A stretch of DNA of 64,000 nucleotides from Chitinophagaceae bacterium (GCA_031372465.1 JANMLJ010000244.1:201-64200), one strand, 5' to 3'. Positions 1 through 10,445 are shown, counted from the first letter of the stretch. Numbers and translations: made by a program. The notes: generated by a model from the sequence alone, not told the origin.

Positions 1-318
1 GGAACCAAGTATGTCTTCTCCTTCATACAGCAAAGAATCTTTATAAATTATTTCCTGATCGTATTTTAATTCTCCTTTTTGCAGTTTATCCATAATGCCC
101 AGCAGTATCGGCACTTTTACAATACTGGCAGTCGGAAAAATCGTGTCCGCATTGATAGAAACTGTTTTCCCGGTTCTAAGGTTCTTTACATAAATACCAA
201 TATCGCCATTGAAACCATTTATAGCTTCCTGCAATTTTTTTTGCAGCTTTTTATCTGTTTTTTGACCAACAACTAATAAAGGGGAAAAAAGAAATAAAGC
301 AATTATTGTGTTTTTCAT
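1..318 (-). CDS. Secreted serine hydrolase, class A beta-lactamase-like (5' part; runs off the window)
   Basis: Manual translation from ATG at 318: MKNTIIALFLFSPLLVVGQKTDKKLQ...GDIGIYVKNL...INADTIFPTASIVKVPIL. It has a signal peptide and an SxxK motif in the FPTASxxK context. Not in the ORF track because it is truncated. Confidence 0.8.
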   Translation of the reverse strand, partial: MKNTIIALFLFSPLLVVGQKTDKKLQKKLQEAINGFNGDIGIYVKNLRTGKTVSINADTIFPTASIVKVPILLGIMDKLQKGELKYDQEIIYKDSLLYEGEDILGS

Positions 319-390
319 ATTTCGAAGTTTGCAACCGCCAATTCCTTGGAATAAAACTGATTATACTCCTGCTTGTACAGTATTTTTTTG

Positions 391-467
391 GCCACGAAAA
401 CACACTAATTTACACGAAAGAAAAAACAGTTATTCCTTTTTTGTGTGGGTTCGTGTCAATTCGTGGC
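391..467. repeat. Intergenic inverted-repeat element (GCCACGAA...TTCGTGGC) with internal CACGAA/TTCGTG-like units
   Basis: GCCACGAA at 391-398 and TTCGTGGC at 460-467, with iterated subunits in both arms. Confidence 0.65.
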
Positions 468-1798
468 TAAAATCCCTTTTGGCCCGTTGTTGGTTTTGTC
501 GTTTGCATATTCATATAATCAAAAACCAGGTTACAAAATGCTTTAACGCCTGTTTTCATACCCCCTTCATCTATTCGAAAATCCGGCGTATGGTGTGGAA
601 ATGCTTTCTTCGGGTCTGTTCCTTTTTCCATACCCCCGATAAAAAAGAAAATAGAAGGAACTTTTTCTGCAAAAAAAGAAAAGTCTTCTGCTCCTGTTAC
701 CGCTTCAGCTTCTATTACATTATCTGCTCCTGCTGATTTTACAAAACTTGGAATCATCTTCTTTGTAAGTTCCGGGTTATTATAGGTTACCAATGTTTTT
801 TTGTCAATCGAAGTTTCAGCAGTGGCGCCAGAGGCTTCAGCAATTTTTGATGCCGTTAATTTAATTTTTTCATGAATAATCCGCTGCATCCCCGTATCCA
901 ATGTTCTGATAGTACCCAACATCGTTACTTCTTCGGGAATAATATTTGATCTTACCCCGCCATTAATTACACTTACTGAAATAACCGCTGCATTTTTTGT
1001 TAGCTCTGTTTGACGACTGATAATCGTTTGCAACCCATTAATTATTTGAGCGGATACCACTACCGGGTCAATGCCTTCCCATGGCTGAGAGCCATGAGTT
1101 TGTTTGCCTTTTACTTTTATTTTGAACCAGTCTGAAGCAGCCATTGTTCCGCCACTTCGGTATTTTATTTTTCCAATCTCCGTCTGAGAGTTGATATGTA
1201 ATCCAAACATCACATCCACTTTAGGGTTTTCTAATACGCCTTCTTTTATCATCAGCGGTGCTCCGCCTTCCTCTCCTTCCGGCGGACCTTCCTCTGCAGG
1301 CTGAAAAACAAATTTTACTGTTCCTTTCAACTCGTTTTTCATTCCAGCTAAAATTTCGGCCACGCTCATTAGTATTGCCACATGTGTATCATGTCCGCAG
1401 GCATGCATTATTCCAACAGCTTGACCATTATAAGTAGATTTTTCTTTTGATGCAAATGGCAAATCAACTCTTTCCACTACAGGCAGGCCATCCATATCAG
1501 CCCGCAGAGCAATACAGGGTCCTGGTTTTTCGCCTTTTAATATGGCTACCACCCCAGTTTTACCAACATTTTCTTTTACTTCAAGTCCCAATGACCGGAG
1601 ATGGTTTGCAATTATTTTGGCCGTTCTGAATTCACTGTTTCCCAATTCCGGATGCTCATGTAAATCTCTTCTCCATACTATACATTTATTTTCTATTTTG
1701 TCTGCAGCCTCATTGATTTTTGCAATAAGATCCATTGGTTTTTGGGAAAAAAGAACGCACGATTGCACTAAAAAAAGTGGCAGTAGAAATTGTCGCAT
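467..1798 (-). CDS. M20D family amidohydrolase with signal peptide
   Basis: Motifs RRDLHEHPEL, LRADMDGL, MHACGHD, FQPAEE, GAEDF, HHTPDF. Confidence 0.92.
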   Translation of the reverse strand: MRQFLLPLFLVQSCVLFSQKPMDLIAKINEAADKIENKCIVWRRDLHEHPELGNSEFRTAKIIANHLRSLGLEVKENVGKTGVVAILKGEKPGPCIALRADMDGLPVVERVDLPFASKEKSTYNGQAVGIMHACGHDTHVAILMSVAEILAGMKNELKGTVKFVFQPAEEGPPEGEEGGAPLMIKEGVLENPKVDVMFGLHINSQTEIGKIKYRSGGTMAASDWFKIKVKGKQTHGSQPWEGIDPVVVSAQIINGLQTIISRQTELTKNAAVISVSVINGGVRSNIIPEEVTMLGTIRTLDTGMQRIIHEKIKLTASKIAEASGATAETSIDKKTLVTYNNPELTKKMIPSFVKSAGADNVIEAEAVTGAEDFSFFAEKVPSIFFFIGGMEKGTDPKKAFPHHTPDFRIDEGGMKTGVKAFCNLVFDYMNMQTTKPTTGQKGF

Positions 1799-1885
1799 CG
1801 GTTTAAATTTTGATGAATTTACTGTAAAATCTGTTTTATTCTTTACAATTTTAAATAAGCCGATTTTATTTATATTTAAACTTCC

Positions 1886-3133
1886 ATGCTACTGCGTCAT
1901 ATTCCATTTTTAAAGGCTGTTTTTTTGCACAGTGTTACCGCTTTTGGCGGACCGCAAGCTCATATTGGAATGATGATGAAAACATTTGTGCATAAACGAC
2001 CTTATATTACTGAGCAGGAGCTGATGGAATATAATGCCTTTTGCCAATTACTTCCGGGTGCTTCTTCTACGCAAACATTGACATTGATTGGTTATAAAAG
2101 AGGAGGTGTACCCCTTGCCGTTTTAACGCTGATTATTTGGATTCTTCCAGCCAGCATTTTAATGGGGGCTTTATCTTTTTTGTTACCTTATATTGACCAA
2201 CGCCAGTTGGGAACAAATATTTTCAAATTCATTGCTCCGATGGCCGTCGGTTTTTTGGCTTTTGCGGCATTTACCACATTTCCTTTGGCAATAAAGAATA
2301 CTATTACCTGGATTATTATGATAATCTGCGTAGCCGTTACTTATTTTCTTTTTGGACAACCCTGGGTTATACCAACGCTGATAATAACAGGTGGGCTTAT
2401 TACGAATGTAAGCCGTAAACGTATTCCACAGTTGGAGCAAAAACCAAGAAAAATAAAATGGTGGAATTTCTGGCTCTTTGGTATCATATTTATTGCTGCA
2501 GGGATTGTGAGTGAAATGGCCAGGAAAGAAGAATGGGCCAACAGAAAGCCCATCAATCTTTTTGAAAATACGTACAGAATGGGAAGTCTTGTTTTTGGAG
2601 GAGGCCAGGTATTAGTGCCTATGATGTATGAGCAATGGAGTGTGAGGCCTGAAGAAAAAGCGATTAAAGCGAGAAATCCAAATGTAATACAGGTTGATGA
2701 AAAAGATATGTACACTGCTATGGGAATAGTAAGGGCTTTACCAGGGCCGGTTTTTTCTATTGCTTCATTTACCGGGGGCACGGCATTAAAAGATATGGGA
2801 AAAGAAATGCAGCTAATTGGCTGCATTATAGGAATGGTTGCTATTTTTCTTCCCAGTGCTTTGCTGGTATTGTTCTTCTTTCCTATCTGGAATAATATGA
2901 GAAAGTATGCAGCTGTTTATCGTTCTCTCGAAGGAATTAATGCCGCAGTAGTTGGAATAATGATTGCGTCTACTTTTTTTATTATGAAAGATATTTCATT
3001 CACAGACATAAAACCTATCAGTAGTTTTATCAGTATCCTTGTTATGCTTGGAACTTTTCTATTGCTCAGTTTTACCCGAATTGCCGCACCATTTATTGTA
3101 CTTAGTTGCCTGTTGCTGGGATATCTGTTTTAA
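1886..3133 (+). CDS. chrA: Chromate efflux transporter, long-chain CHR family
   Basis: Two repeats with AFGGP...CQLLPG and VFGGG...ALPGP motifs; polytopic membrane protein. Confidence 0.9.
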   Translation: MLLRHIPFLKAVFLHSVTAFGGPQAHIGMMMKTFVHKRPYITEQELMEYNAFCQLLPGASSTQTLTLIGYKRGGVPLAVLTLIIWILPASILMGALSFLLPYIDQRQLGTNIFKFIAPMAVGFLAFAAFTTFPLAIKNTITWIIMIICVAVTYFLFGQPWVIPTLIITGGLITNVSRKRIPQLEQKPRKIKWWNFWLFGIIFIAAGIVSEMARKEEWANRKPINLFENTYRMGSLVFGGGQVLVPMMYEQWSVRPEEKAIKARNPNVIQVDEKDMYTAMGIVRALPGPVFSIASFTGGTALKDMGKEMQLIGCIIGMVAIFLPSALLVLFFFPIWNNMRKYAAVYRSLEGINAAVVGIMIASTFFIMKDISFTDIKPISSFISILVMLGTFLLLSFTRIAAPFIVLSCLLLGYLF

Positions 3134-3179
3134 TATTATTTTTAGTGACTATTTGGATAACTGAACCTATGATTTATTT

Positions 3180-3280
3180 GAACCACATAGTTCATAGAAA
3201 ACATAGGTTTTCACATAGAATTCTATGTGTTTATTCCTTCCCGATAGCTATCGGGAGTGGGCTATGTTTCTATGTGGTTC
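3180..3280. repeat. Intergenic inverted-repeat element with CATAG/CTATG units and an embedded 18-bp perfect palindrome
   Basis: GAACCACATAG at 3180-3190 and CTATGTGGTTC at 3270-3280; TCCCGATAGCTATCGGGA at 3239-3256. Lies between convergent chrA and nadD. Confidence 0.8.
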
Positions 3281-3312
3281 CATTTTTAGGTTGCTTTAAA
3301 CCGATAGTCACT

Positions 3313-3885
3313 TTATTTTTTGTAATAGCCTCCTTTTTCAATTTCCTCGAGTACTTTTTCCGGAATCATGTACCGGACAGATTTTCCCTCTTTTATATAC
3401 TCACGTATAAGTGTAGCCGATAATTGAAGAAGTGGTGCATCAAGAATATAAAGTTGTGCGCCAATATTATTATTGACTTCAAACCCCGGTCTTATATAAA
3501 CATACACCGGGTAGTTTTTTATGATCACTTCTGCATTTTTCCATTTATGAAGATTCTGAAAACTATCGCTTCCCATAATGATACAAAACTCATATTCAGG
3601 ATATTTTTCAGACAGGTAGGCCAATGTGCTGGTTGTATAAGATGGTTTAGGTAAACCAAATTCAATATCTGACGCTTTTATCCGATTATCATCCTCAGTA
3701 GCTAACCGAACCAGGTGGAGACGATGGTACTCGTTTAATAAATTGGAGGCTGATTTAAATGGGTTTTGTGGAGAAACAACAAACCAGACTTTTTCAATAT
3801 CTGTTTCGTTTAGTATATGATTGGCAATAATAAGATGGCCAACATGGACAGGGTTAAAAGAACCAAAATAAAGACCTATTTTCAT
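3313..3885 (-). CDS. nadD: Nicotinate-nucleotide adenylyltransferase
   Basis: GSFNPVHVGH (HxGH), IMGSD, WKN, LSATLIRE. Confidence 0.95.
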   Translation of the reverse strand: MKIGLYFGSFNPVHVGHLIIANHILNETDIEKVWFVVSPQNPFKSASNLLNEYHRLHLVRLATEDDNRIKASDIEFGLPKPSYTTSTLAYLSEKYPEYEFCIIMGSDSFQNLHKWKNAEVIIKNYPVYVYIRPGFEVNNNIGAQLYILDAPLLQLSATLIREYIKEGKSVRYMIPEKVLEEIEKGGYYKK

Positions 3886-3902
3886 TGTCAACTAATTGAT
3901 AG

Positions 3903-4133
3903 TCAATCATTTATTTCAACAAGAATATGCTCTGCCTCATTAAGACGAAGGCTTAGGTGATAGCCAGAAACGTTCACCGAGATGGGATCACCCAGCGGTG
4001 CTATTTGCTCCAAAAGGATCTTTTCACCCGGTACGCAACCCATTTCCATTAGCTTCAGGAAAATGTCATTTTTGTTGAACTCCGTTATAATTCCTTCTTG
4101 TCCTGGTTTTAATTCAGATAGCCTTATAATCAT
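3903..4133 (-). CDS. feoA: Ferrous iron transport protein A
   Basis: 76 aa; LMEMGCVPG, APLGDPI, LSLRLNEA. Confidence 0.92.
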   Translation of the reverse strand: MIIRLSELKPGQEGIITEFNKNDIFLKLMEMGCVPGEKILLEQIAPLGDPISVNVSGYHLSLRLNEAEHILVEIND

Positions 4134-4226
4134 TTACTCATTTATATTTACTACTGCGCTTAAGCTACGAAGTATATATACAAAACTACCCTTGTTAGTT
4201 TGTTTTTGTTTACGAATTTTGAAAAT

Positions 4227-4694
4227 ATGCCTGCATCATCTTTAAAACCGAATACAGACAGCTTTCAGTATCTACGAACTATTTTCTTCTTTTTTCAAGA
4301 AGTAAAAATCAACCTGGCAAATAGGTCTGAATTAAAAAAATATATCCAGTCCATATTCAAAAAAGAAAGGAAAAAACTGGAATCTATCAATTATATCTTT
4401 TGTACAGACAAGGCTTTATTGGAAATAAACCGTCAGTATCTTTCTCACGACTATTATACCGATATTATCACTTTTGATCTTTCAGAAACTAGTGGTGTTC
4501 AAGCCGAAATCTTTATTAGTGTAGAGCGGGTTAAAGAAAATGCCCTTCTATTAGGTGTTTCTTTTAAATCAGAGTTACATCGGGTTATTTTTCATGGAGT
4601 GTTGCATTTATGTGGGTATAAAGACAAAACCAAAGCTGAAAAGGAAAGAATGAGGGGGAAAGAAGAGTTTTATTTAAAAAAATACATCCTTTAA
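4227..4694 (+). CDS. ybeY: rRNA maturation RNase YbeY (start uncertain)
   Basis: HDYYTDIITF; HGVLHLCGYKD metal-binding region. Confidence 0.92.
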   Translation: MPASSLKPNTDSFQYLRTIFFFFQEVKINLANRSELKKYIQSIFKKERKKLESINYIFCTDKALLEINRQYLSHDYYTDIITFDLSETSGVQAEIFISVERVKENALLLGVSFKSELHRVIFHGVLHLCGYKDKTKAEKERMRGKEEFYLKKYIL

Positions 4695-4720
4695 GATAAA
4701 GGAACTCAATTTAGTTCACT

Positions 4721-4771
4721 ATGGTTCCACGGGACACTGTTTCAGGCTGAAACAGTGTCCCGTGGAACCAT
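4721..4771. repeat. Perfect 51-bp palindrome (25-bp arms, 1-nt spacer) with parS-like half-sites
   Basis: ATGGTTCCACGGGACACTGTTTCAG-G-CTGAAACAGTGTCCCGTGGAACCAT; the arms are exact reverse complements. Confidence 0.9.
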
Positions 4772-4793
4772 TATATTTGCAGAAACACTAAGA

Positions 4794-5411
4794 ATGCCTA
4801 GAAAAAAGAATTCTTTAGCTTCTAAACCGACTGAAGCTCTTCTAAAATTCAGAGAAAAAAGAAAATGGCAAATCTCATTACGCCGGTATGTATTGGAGAA
4901 ACACATCTGTGTTAACTATGCTCCCTATTTTGGATTAGATGTTAAGAATATGCGTCAATGGTTTGAATATCAATTTCAATCCGGCATTGGATGGGACAAT
5001 TTTGGAAAAATGTGGCAATTTGATCATATTATACCGGTAACCTATTTTGATTTTTCTAATGAATCGGAGCTTAAAATATGCTGGAATTTTACCAATCTCC
5101 GGGTTGAGAAGTTTCAGTTAAATAAAGACAGGGGAAATAGGTTAGATGTACTGGCTGCAAAAAATTACTTTAAGGACCTGTATGAAAAGACAAATTATGC
5201 GCCATGTTTAAAACTGCTTCAAAAGATTGACAGCCTGGAATTATCGGAGTTTGTAAGTACTGATCGACAACAGGCTTTTATAAGAGAACATTGGGAGTAT
5301 TTGAATATGATAGAAAGTTATAGTTATTTTGAATTCGAACTTCTAAACAGTGGCCGCGATATTAGTGAGGTGAAAAAGGAAATTGCTTTCCAAAGAAAGT
5401 TTGATAAGTAG
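4794..5411 (+). CDS. Hypothetical protein with a His-Me/HNH-like motif
   Basis: GWDNFGKMWQFDHIIPV...CWNFTNLR. The ATG at 4794 follows a TATATTTG promoter-like motif at 4772-4779. Confidence 0.7.
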   Translation: MPRKKNSLASKPTEALLKFREKRKWQISLRRYVLEKHICVNYAPYFGLDVKNMRQWFEYQFQSGIGWDNFGKMWQFDHIIPVTYFDFSNESELKICWNFTNLRVEKFQLNKDRGNRLDVLAAKNYFKDLYEKTNYAPCLKLLQKIDSLELSEFVSTDRQQAFIREHWEYLNMIESYSYFEFELLNSGRDISEVKKEIAFQRKFDK

Positions 5412-5425
5412 CCAACAGAACGAGA

Positions 5426-5433
5426 TACCTTTG
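5426..5433 (+). promoter_or_regulatory. Bacteroidota -7 promoter element upstream of mnmG
   Basis: TACCTTTG matches TAnnTTTG just upstream of the ATG. Confidence 0.55.
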
Positions 5434-5440
5434 CCAACTT

Positions 5441-7303
5441 ATGTTTCCAGAATATGATGTAATAGTAGTAGGTGCTGGTCATGCCGGTTGTGAAGCAGCA
5501 GCGGCAGCAGCAAATCTTGGCTCCAAAACTCTTTTGGTAACCATGAATATGCAGACTATCGCCCAAATGAGTTGCAATCCAGCCATGGGTGGTATTGCCA
5601 AAGGCCAAATTGTACGTGAAATTGATGCCATGGGTGGTTATTCCGGAATTGTAACCGATCTTTCTACAATCCAATTTAGGATGCTGAACCGGAGTAAGGG
5701 TCCAGCTATGTGGAGTCCGAGGGCACAAAATGATCGGATGCTTTTTTCAATTAAATGGCGGGAAATGCTGGAGCAAACCCCGAATCTTGATTTTTACCAG
5801 GATATGGTAAATGGTTTGCTGATAAAAGATGGCAAATGCTTCGGAGTAGTGACGGGCCTTGGGCATAAGATAAAAGCAAAATCTGTAGTACTCACAAACG
5901 GAACTTTTTTGAACGGAATAGTTCATATCGGTGAAAAAAGTTTTGGGGGCGGAAGAATGGCAGAAAAGGCCGCTACCGGAATTACAGAACAACTGGTATC
6001 ACTTGGATTTGAAAGCGATCGTTTAAAAACAGGAACTCCACCCAGAATTGATGGCCGAAGTCTTGATTATAGTAAAATGGAAGAACAGCCAGGGGATACT
6101 GATATTATCGGTTTTTCCTTTTTAGAAACAGAGAAACCTAAAACCCAAAGAAGCTGTTGGATAACGTATACCAGTCAAAAAGTACATGATGTATTAAAAA
6201 CAGGATTTTCAAGAAGTCCAATGTTTACAGGAAGAATTGATGGAGTGGGACCCAGGTATTGTCCCAGTATTGAAGATAAGATCAACCGTTTTGCTGAAAA
6301 AGAAAGACATCAGCTTTTTATAGAACCAGAAGGATGGAATACAGTGGAGATTTATGTTAATGGGTTCTCTACTTCTCTACCAGAAGATGTTCAATACGAA
6401 GCTCTTCGTAATATAGTGGGCTTTGAAAAGGTGAAAATGTTTCGCCCGGGTTATGCAATAGAATATGATTTCTTTCCTCCAACACAATTACAATACACAC
6501 TTGAAACAAAACAAATTCAGCACCTGTTTTTTGCCGGACAAATAAACGGAACAACCGGTTATGAAGAAGCGGCTTGCCAGGGATTGATGGCAGGTATTAA
6601 TGCACACCAGAAAACAAGAAACCTGGAACCAGTTATTTTAAAAAGAAGTGAAGCTTATATTGGGGTGTTGATCGATGATTTAATAAACAAAGGAACTGAA
6701 GAACCCTACAGAATGTTTACATCAAGAGCAGAGTTCAGAACATTGCTCCGTCAAGATAATGCGGATCTGCGATTAACAGAATTAAGTTACCGGCTTGGTT
6801 TGGCATCACAAGAAAGAATGGATAAAGTGATTGAAAAAAGAAATAGTGTAGAGAAGATAAAATCAATTGTGAAAGAATTTGCTGTAGAACCTGAAGAAAT
6901 CAATTCCTATTTTGCTTCAATAAACTCGTCACCCCTGACTGAAAAACAAAAAGTGCAAAAAATATTACTCCGTCCCGATGTGGAGTTGGATGAATTGTCG
7001 GCTACATTACCCGCATTAAAAGAATTACTAAAAGAATTTTCAAAAGATTCGTTAGAACAAGCTTCAATACAGATAAAGTATGAAGTATATATAGAGAAAG
7101 AAAAAGAACTTGTTAAGAAGATGTCCCAGTTGGAAGAATTAGAAATTCCAGCAACCTTTGATTATAAAAAAATCTCTTCGCTTGGCAATGAAGCCAGGGA
7201 AAAACTTAACAAAATAAAGCCAAGAACCCTTGGACAAGCAAGTCGGATTTCTGGAATTAATCCAAGCGATGTACAGATATTGATGGTATTTATGGGTAGA
7301 TAG
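5441..7303 (+). CDS. mnmG: tRNA uridine-5-carboxymethylaminomethyl(34) synthesis enzyme MnmG (GidA)
   Basis: VGAGHAGCEAA, MSCNPAMGG, LKTGTPPR, GPRYCPSIEDK, GQINGTTGYEEAA. Confidence 0.98.
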   Translation: MFPEYDVIVVGAGHAGCEAAAAAANLGSKTLLVTMNMQTIAQMSCNPAMGGIAKGQIVREIDAMGGYSGIVTDLSTIQFRMLNRSKGPAMWSPRAQNDRMLFSIKWREMLEQTPNLDFYQDMVNGLLIKDGKCFGVVTGLGHKIKAKSVVLTNGTFLNGIVHIGEKSFGGGRMAEKAATGITEQLVSLGFESDRLKTGTPPRIDGRSLDYSKMEEQPGDTDIIGFSFLETEKPKTQRSCWITYTSQKVHDVLKTGFSRSPMFTGRIDGVGPRYCPSIEDKINRFAEKERHQLFIEPEGWNTVEIYVNGFSTSLPEDVQYEALRNIVGFEKVKMFRPGYAIEYDFFPPTQLQYTLETKQIQHLFFAGQINGTTGYEEAACQGLMAGINAHQKTRNLEPVILKRSEAYIGVLIDDLINKGTEEPYRMFTSRAEFRTLLRQDNADLRLTELSYRLGLASQERMDKVIEKRNSVEKIKSIVKEFAVEPEEINSYFASINSSPLTEKQKVQKILLRPDVELDELSATLPALKELLKEFSKDSLEQASIQIKYEVYIEKEKELVKKMSQLEELEIPATFDYKKISSLGNEAREKLNKIKPRTLGQASRISGINPSDVQILMVFMGR

Positions 7304-7465
7304 TATTACCACTAGCCTATAGATAAAGAACCCCCGGCATTATCCCTTACAACTAATTTTAGCTTTTTCCTGTCCTTAAAATAAGCGTCGGGAGGATAGA
7401 ACATATTAACAAAGTCATATTTCCGGGACTAATAAATACTTAACTTTATTTCAAACAATAATAAT

Positions 7466-8821
7466 ATGAAAAAGTCTATATTTTTTTTCATAGCCTTCAT
7501 CATAGTGGTTTTATCAGTAAGTAAACCCGCTTCTGCCCAGCAGTATAAATTACGCCAGGTAAATAATATGATGGGGATGAAAACTGAATCAACCATCTAT
7601 GTAAAGGGTATGCGCAAAAGAACGGAAAGTGCCGGAATGATGGGAATGCCTGCACCGCCAATAACTATTGAACAGTGTGATCTGCAACGCACTATCAAGA
7701 TAAATAATAAGAAAAAGTTATATTTTATTGAACCATTTTCAAAAGAAGTTGAAGAGGTAATAGATGAAGATGCAAAAGTTACAACTCCTGTTAAAAAACC
7801 TGTTACAACAATACCAACAGAAAAAACCAGTCCTCAAAAAGGAGGTGTTATATATATGATATATAATATTACTGATACAGGGGAGCGGAAAAAAATGTAT
7901 GGTTTTACTGCCAGGCATATCTGGACTTCACAAAAAATTAAACCATCGCCAGATGCCTGCACGATGAAAGATAGTATCATTATTAAAACAGATGGCTGGT
8001 ATATTGATTTGCCTGAGTTTAATTGCCCAATCAGTTATCGTCCGGGTAAAAGCTCAATGCCAACCAATGAAAAGCAGGTACCCGATTGTATGGATCGCTT
8101 TGTTACCAGGCGTAGTGGAAAGGGTAAACTGGGATTTCCCTTAACAGAAACCAGAACAATGATAATGGGTAATAAAAGTGCTAAAACAAGTGAAATGGAA
8201 ATGTCACTTGAAACACTTGAATTTACTACCGGAAAATTAGATTCGATGCTATTTGAAATTCCGATAGGGTATACGCTGGCATTGAATGAAAGTGAATTGC
8301 AGGATAAATTTGATATGGCCGAAATGATGAAACAAGCTGGTAATAATGCGGGTAATATAAACACAAATGCTACTGATGGAGCAACAATAGGCAATGAGCA
8401 AAAAAAACCTGGTGTTTTGCGAATCGGTGTATTTGAACCAACAGGAGGCGATGGGCAATTACAGGTTTCTTCCTTACAAAAGCATCTTGCCACTACCTTA
8501 ACAGGTGGTACTATAGAAGGTATTGTTATTAGTTCAGCAGAAGAAGCAAAAAAATATAATTGCGATTATACCTTGGCTACTGATTTTGTAAAAATCAAAT
8601 CGGGAACTAAGGTTGGCGGACTTTTAAAAGCCATTAAAAATAGTGATCCGAATGCAGCTTCATCCTATACAATCGAAGCAAATTTAACCCTGGTTAAATT
8701 GTCTGATGGATCAACCCGCCTTAAACCAAACGTAAACGGAAAGTATGAAGGAAAAATTGAAGACGCGGCAGGAAAAGCTTTAGATGAAGGAAGCAATCAG
8801 ATAGTAAGAGGCTTAAAGTAA
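7466..8821 (+). CDS. Secreted hypothetical protein
   Basis: 451-aa ORF with a signal peptide (ASA-Q); no family recognised. Confidence 0.75.
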   Translation: MKKSIFFFIAFIIVVLSVSKPASAQQYKLRQVNNMMGMKTESTIYVKGMRKRTESAGMMGMPAPPITIEQCDLQRTIKINNKKKLYFIEPFSKEVEEVIDEDAKVTTPVKKPVTTIPTEKTSPQKGGVIYMIYNITDTGERKKMYGFTARHIWTSQKIKPSPDACTMKDSIIIKTDGWYIDLPEFNCPISYRPGKSSMPTNEKQVPDCMDRFVTRRSGKGKLGFPLTETRTMIMGNKSAKTSEMEMSLETLEFTTGKLDSMLFEIPIGYTLALNESELQDKFDMAEMMKQAGNNAGNINTNATDGATIGNEQKKPGVLRIGVFEPTGGDGQLQVSSLQKHLATTLTGGTIEGIVISSAEEAKKYNCDYTLATDFVKIKSGTKVGGLLKAIKNSDPNAASSYTIEANLTLVKLSDGSTRLKPNVNGKYEGKIEDAAGKALDEGSNQIVRGLK

Positions 8822-9008
8822 AAACTCAATAGTTAAAAATAATTACAAGTTAACTAGCTATATCATTCCTATAACTCAGGCTGTTTCAAATCAAGCTGAT
8901 GTAATACTATTATCGGATATTAGTATTTTATGAAGAAAATCATAAAAGGTTTTAACTAATTCGGATTATAAAAAATTATTGGATTGTATAATATGGCCCC
9001 GTCTAATA

Positions 9009-10445
9009 TCAGGTGGTTAACCCGCGTAAGTTTTGTTCTCTTAATGTTAACGAATTGGAATTGGGGCCACTTATCATTCCCCGACAAGAAGATACACCAC
9101 ACTTACAATCAAATGGTTCCATATTTTGATCTAAAAAATCAGCATAATCGAGCGTAAGCTCCTGTCCTTTAAATATATACTTTGTGGCTAATACAGTAAG
9201 TCCGTCAAAAGTTGTATTAGGATCGCAGCTATGATTTTGTGGCGCCCATTCAGAAGGATCGTCATCCCATAATATAAATAGTTCTTCGCTAACCGGATAT
9301 GCATAGCGACGGAAATGGAGTTTCTCCTCTTCATTCCAGTTTTTTTCTACAAATCGCCTGGTGATGATTCGTTGTGCACGGCCTTCTCCTTTAAATACTA
9401 TTTCCCCTTTTCCGATATCCCGGCTGGCATAAATTCCATACCCTGCAATAGAATTCCCTTTCATTAAATAAGGCTTTCTGGTTCTTTGGTGACGGGCAAT
9501 ACCTTCCGAAATCATATGTCGTAAAAAACCCGACTGGCCGATACCATCATATTTTAATATAAAATCAGCTGAGCCTTCGTAACCATCTTTATAAAAAACA
9601 GAACAGGTAAAGTTTATTTCCAGGAAGAAAATTTCATTTTTTTCATTTACCCGAAAATCCAATCTTGCATATCCAACAGCATTAAAGCCTTTAAATATTT
9701 TTTCAGTAGCTATACGAAGCTGTATATCTAAATCCGGGTCATTGCAAGGCACATTGCAATCAGGATGAAGTTCAGATGTCTTTAAGGCATATGTTTTAAA
9801 TTCTCTCCCGGCAGGAAATAAGTATTCTACCGGCCGAAATACGGTACAGCTATGTACATCTACATTGGCGGCAACCAATACTGTAAACTCCCTTCCGGCA
9901 ATATATTCTTCTACCAGCAAAGGACCGTATTCATCTAAAATGCTGATACACTTTTGTTGTAATTCAATTTTATTATGCACCAGCGAATGTTCGTCAACAC
10001 CCAGGCTATCTCCTGCTTTGGCGGGTTTTACAAATAAAGGGAATGACAAATGCTTCACTGCATCATCCACATCATTCAATTCATTGATGATAGAATAGCC
10101 GGGCGTTTTAACTCCTTCGCAATAAGCCAGGTACTTCATCAACTCTTTAGGAGGGTCGTATAGTTTCGTTGTTGGGCCAGTAAAGGGGAGATTTAATATT
10201 TCCAGCGAATAAATAACATCAATGCTGGGTACTTCCCATTCAAGATAACCTTCACAGAGGTTTACAAAAATATCATAGCCCTGTTTACTAAGTTCTTTCA
10301 GCTGTTTGTATGTGGTAAGCTTATTGAGAAAAACGGTATGTACTTCCGCTTCGGAAATCAATAAAGACAGGTCTCTTGGAGGATCATAGTTTTTATAATC
10401 AACTCCGGTGGTAGAGTAGTCCGGTTGCAGTACACAAACTTTCAT
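9009..10445 (-). CDS. D-Ala-D-Ala-ligase-like ATP-grasp domain fused to a C-terminal SET/post-SET methyltransferase
   Basis: ATP-grasp: NLCEG, FVKPAKAGDSLG, EEYIAGREF, YARLDFR, LEIN. SET: GYGIYA, NHSCDPN, ELTLDY. Post-SET: CKCGVSSCRG. Confidence 0.88.
   Translation of the reverse strand: MKVCVLQPDYSTTGVDYKNYDPPRDLSLLISEAEVHTVFLNKLTTYKQLKELSKQGYDIFVNLCEGYLEWEVPSIDVIYSLEILNLPFTGPTTKLYDPPKELMKYLAYCEGVKTPGYSIINELNDVDDAVKHLSFPLFVKPAKAGDSLGVDEHSLVHNKIELQQKCISILDEYGPLLVEEYIAGREFTVLVAANVDVHSCTVFRPVEYLFPAGREFKTYALKTSELHPDCNVPCNDPDLDIQLRIATEKIFKGFNAVGYARLDFRVNEKNEIFFLEINFTCSVFYKDGYEGSADFILKYDGIGQSGFLRHMISEGIARHQRTRKPYLMKGNSIAGYGIYASRDIGKGEIVFKGEGRAQRIITRRFVEKNWNEEEKLHFRRYAYPVSEELFILWDDDPSEWAPQNHSCDPNTTFDGLTVLATKYIFKGQELTLDYADFLDQNMEPFDCKCGVSSCRGMISGPNSNSLTLREQNLRGLTT

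Noticed and set aside
1-318. Bona fide beta-lactam resistance gene
   Set aside because: Only the SxxK region is visible; the SDN, omega-loop and KTG motifs are outside the window, and such hydrolases are common in Bacteroidota.
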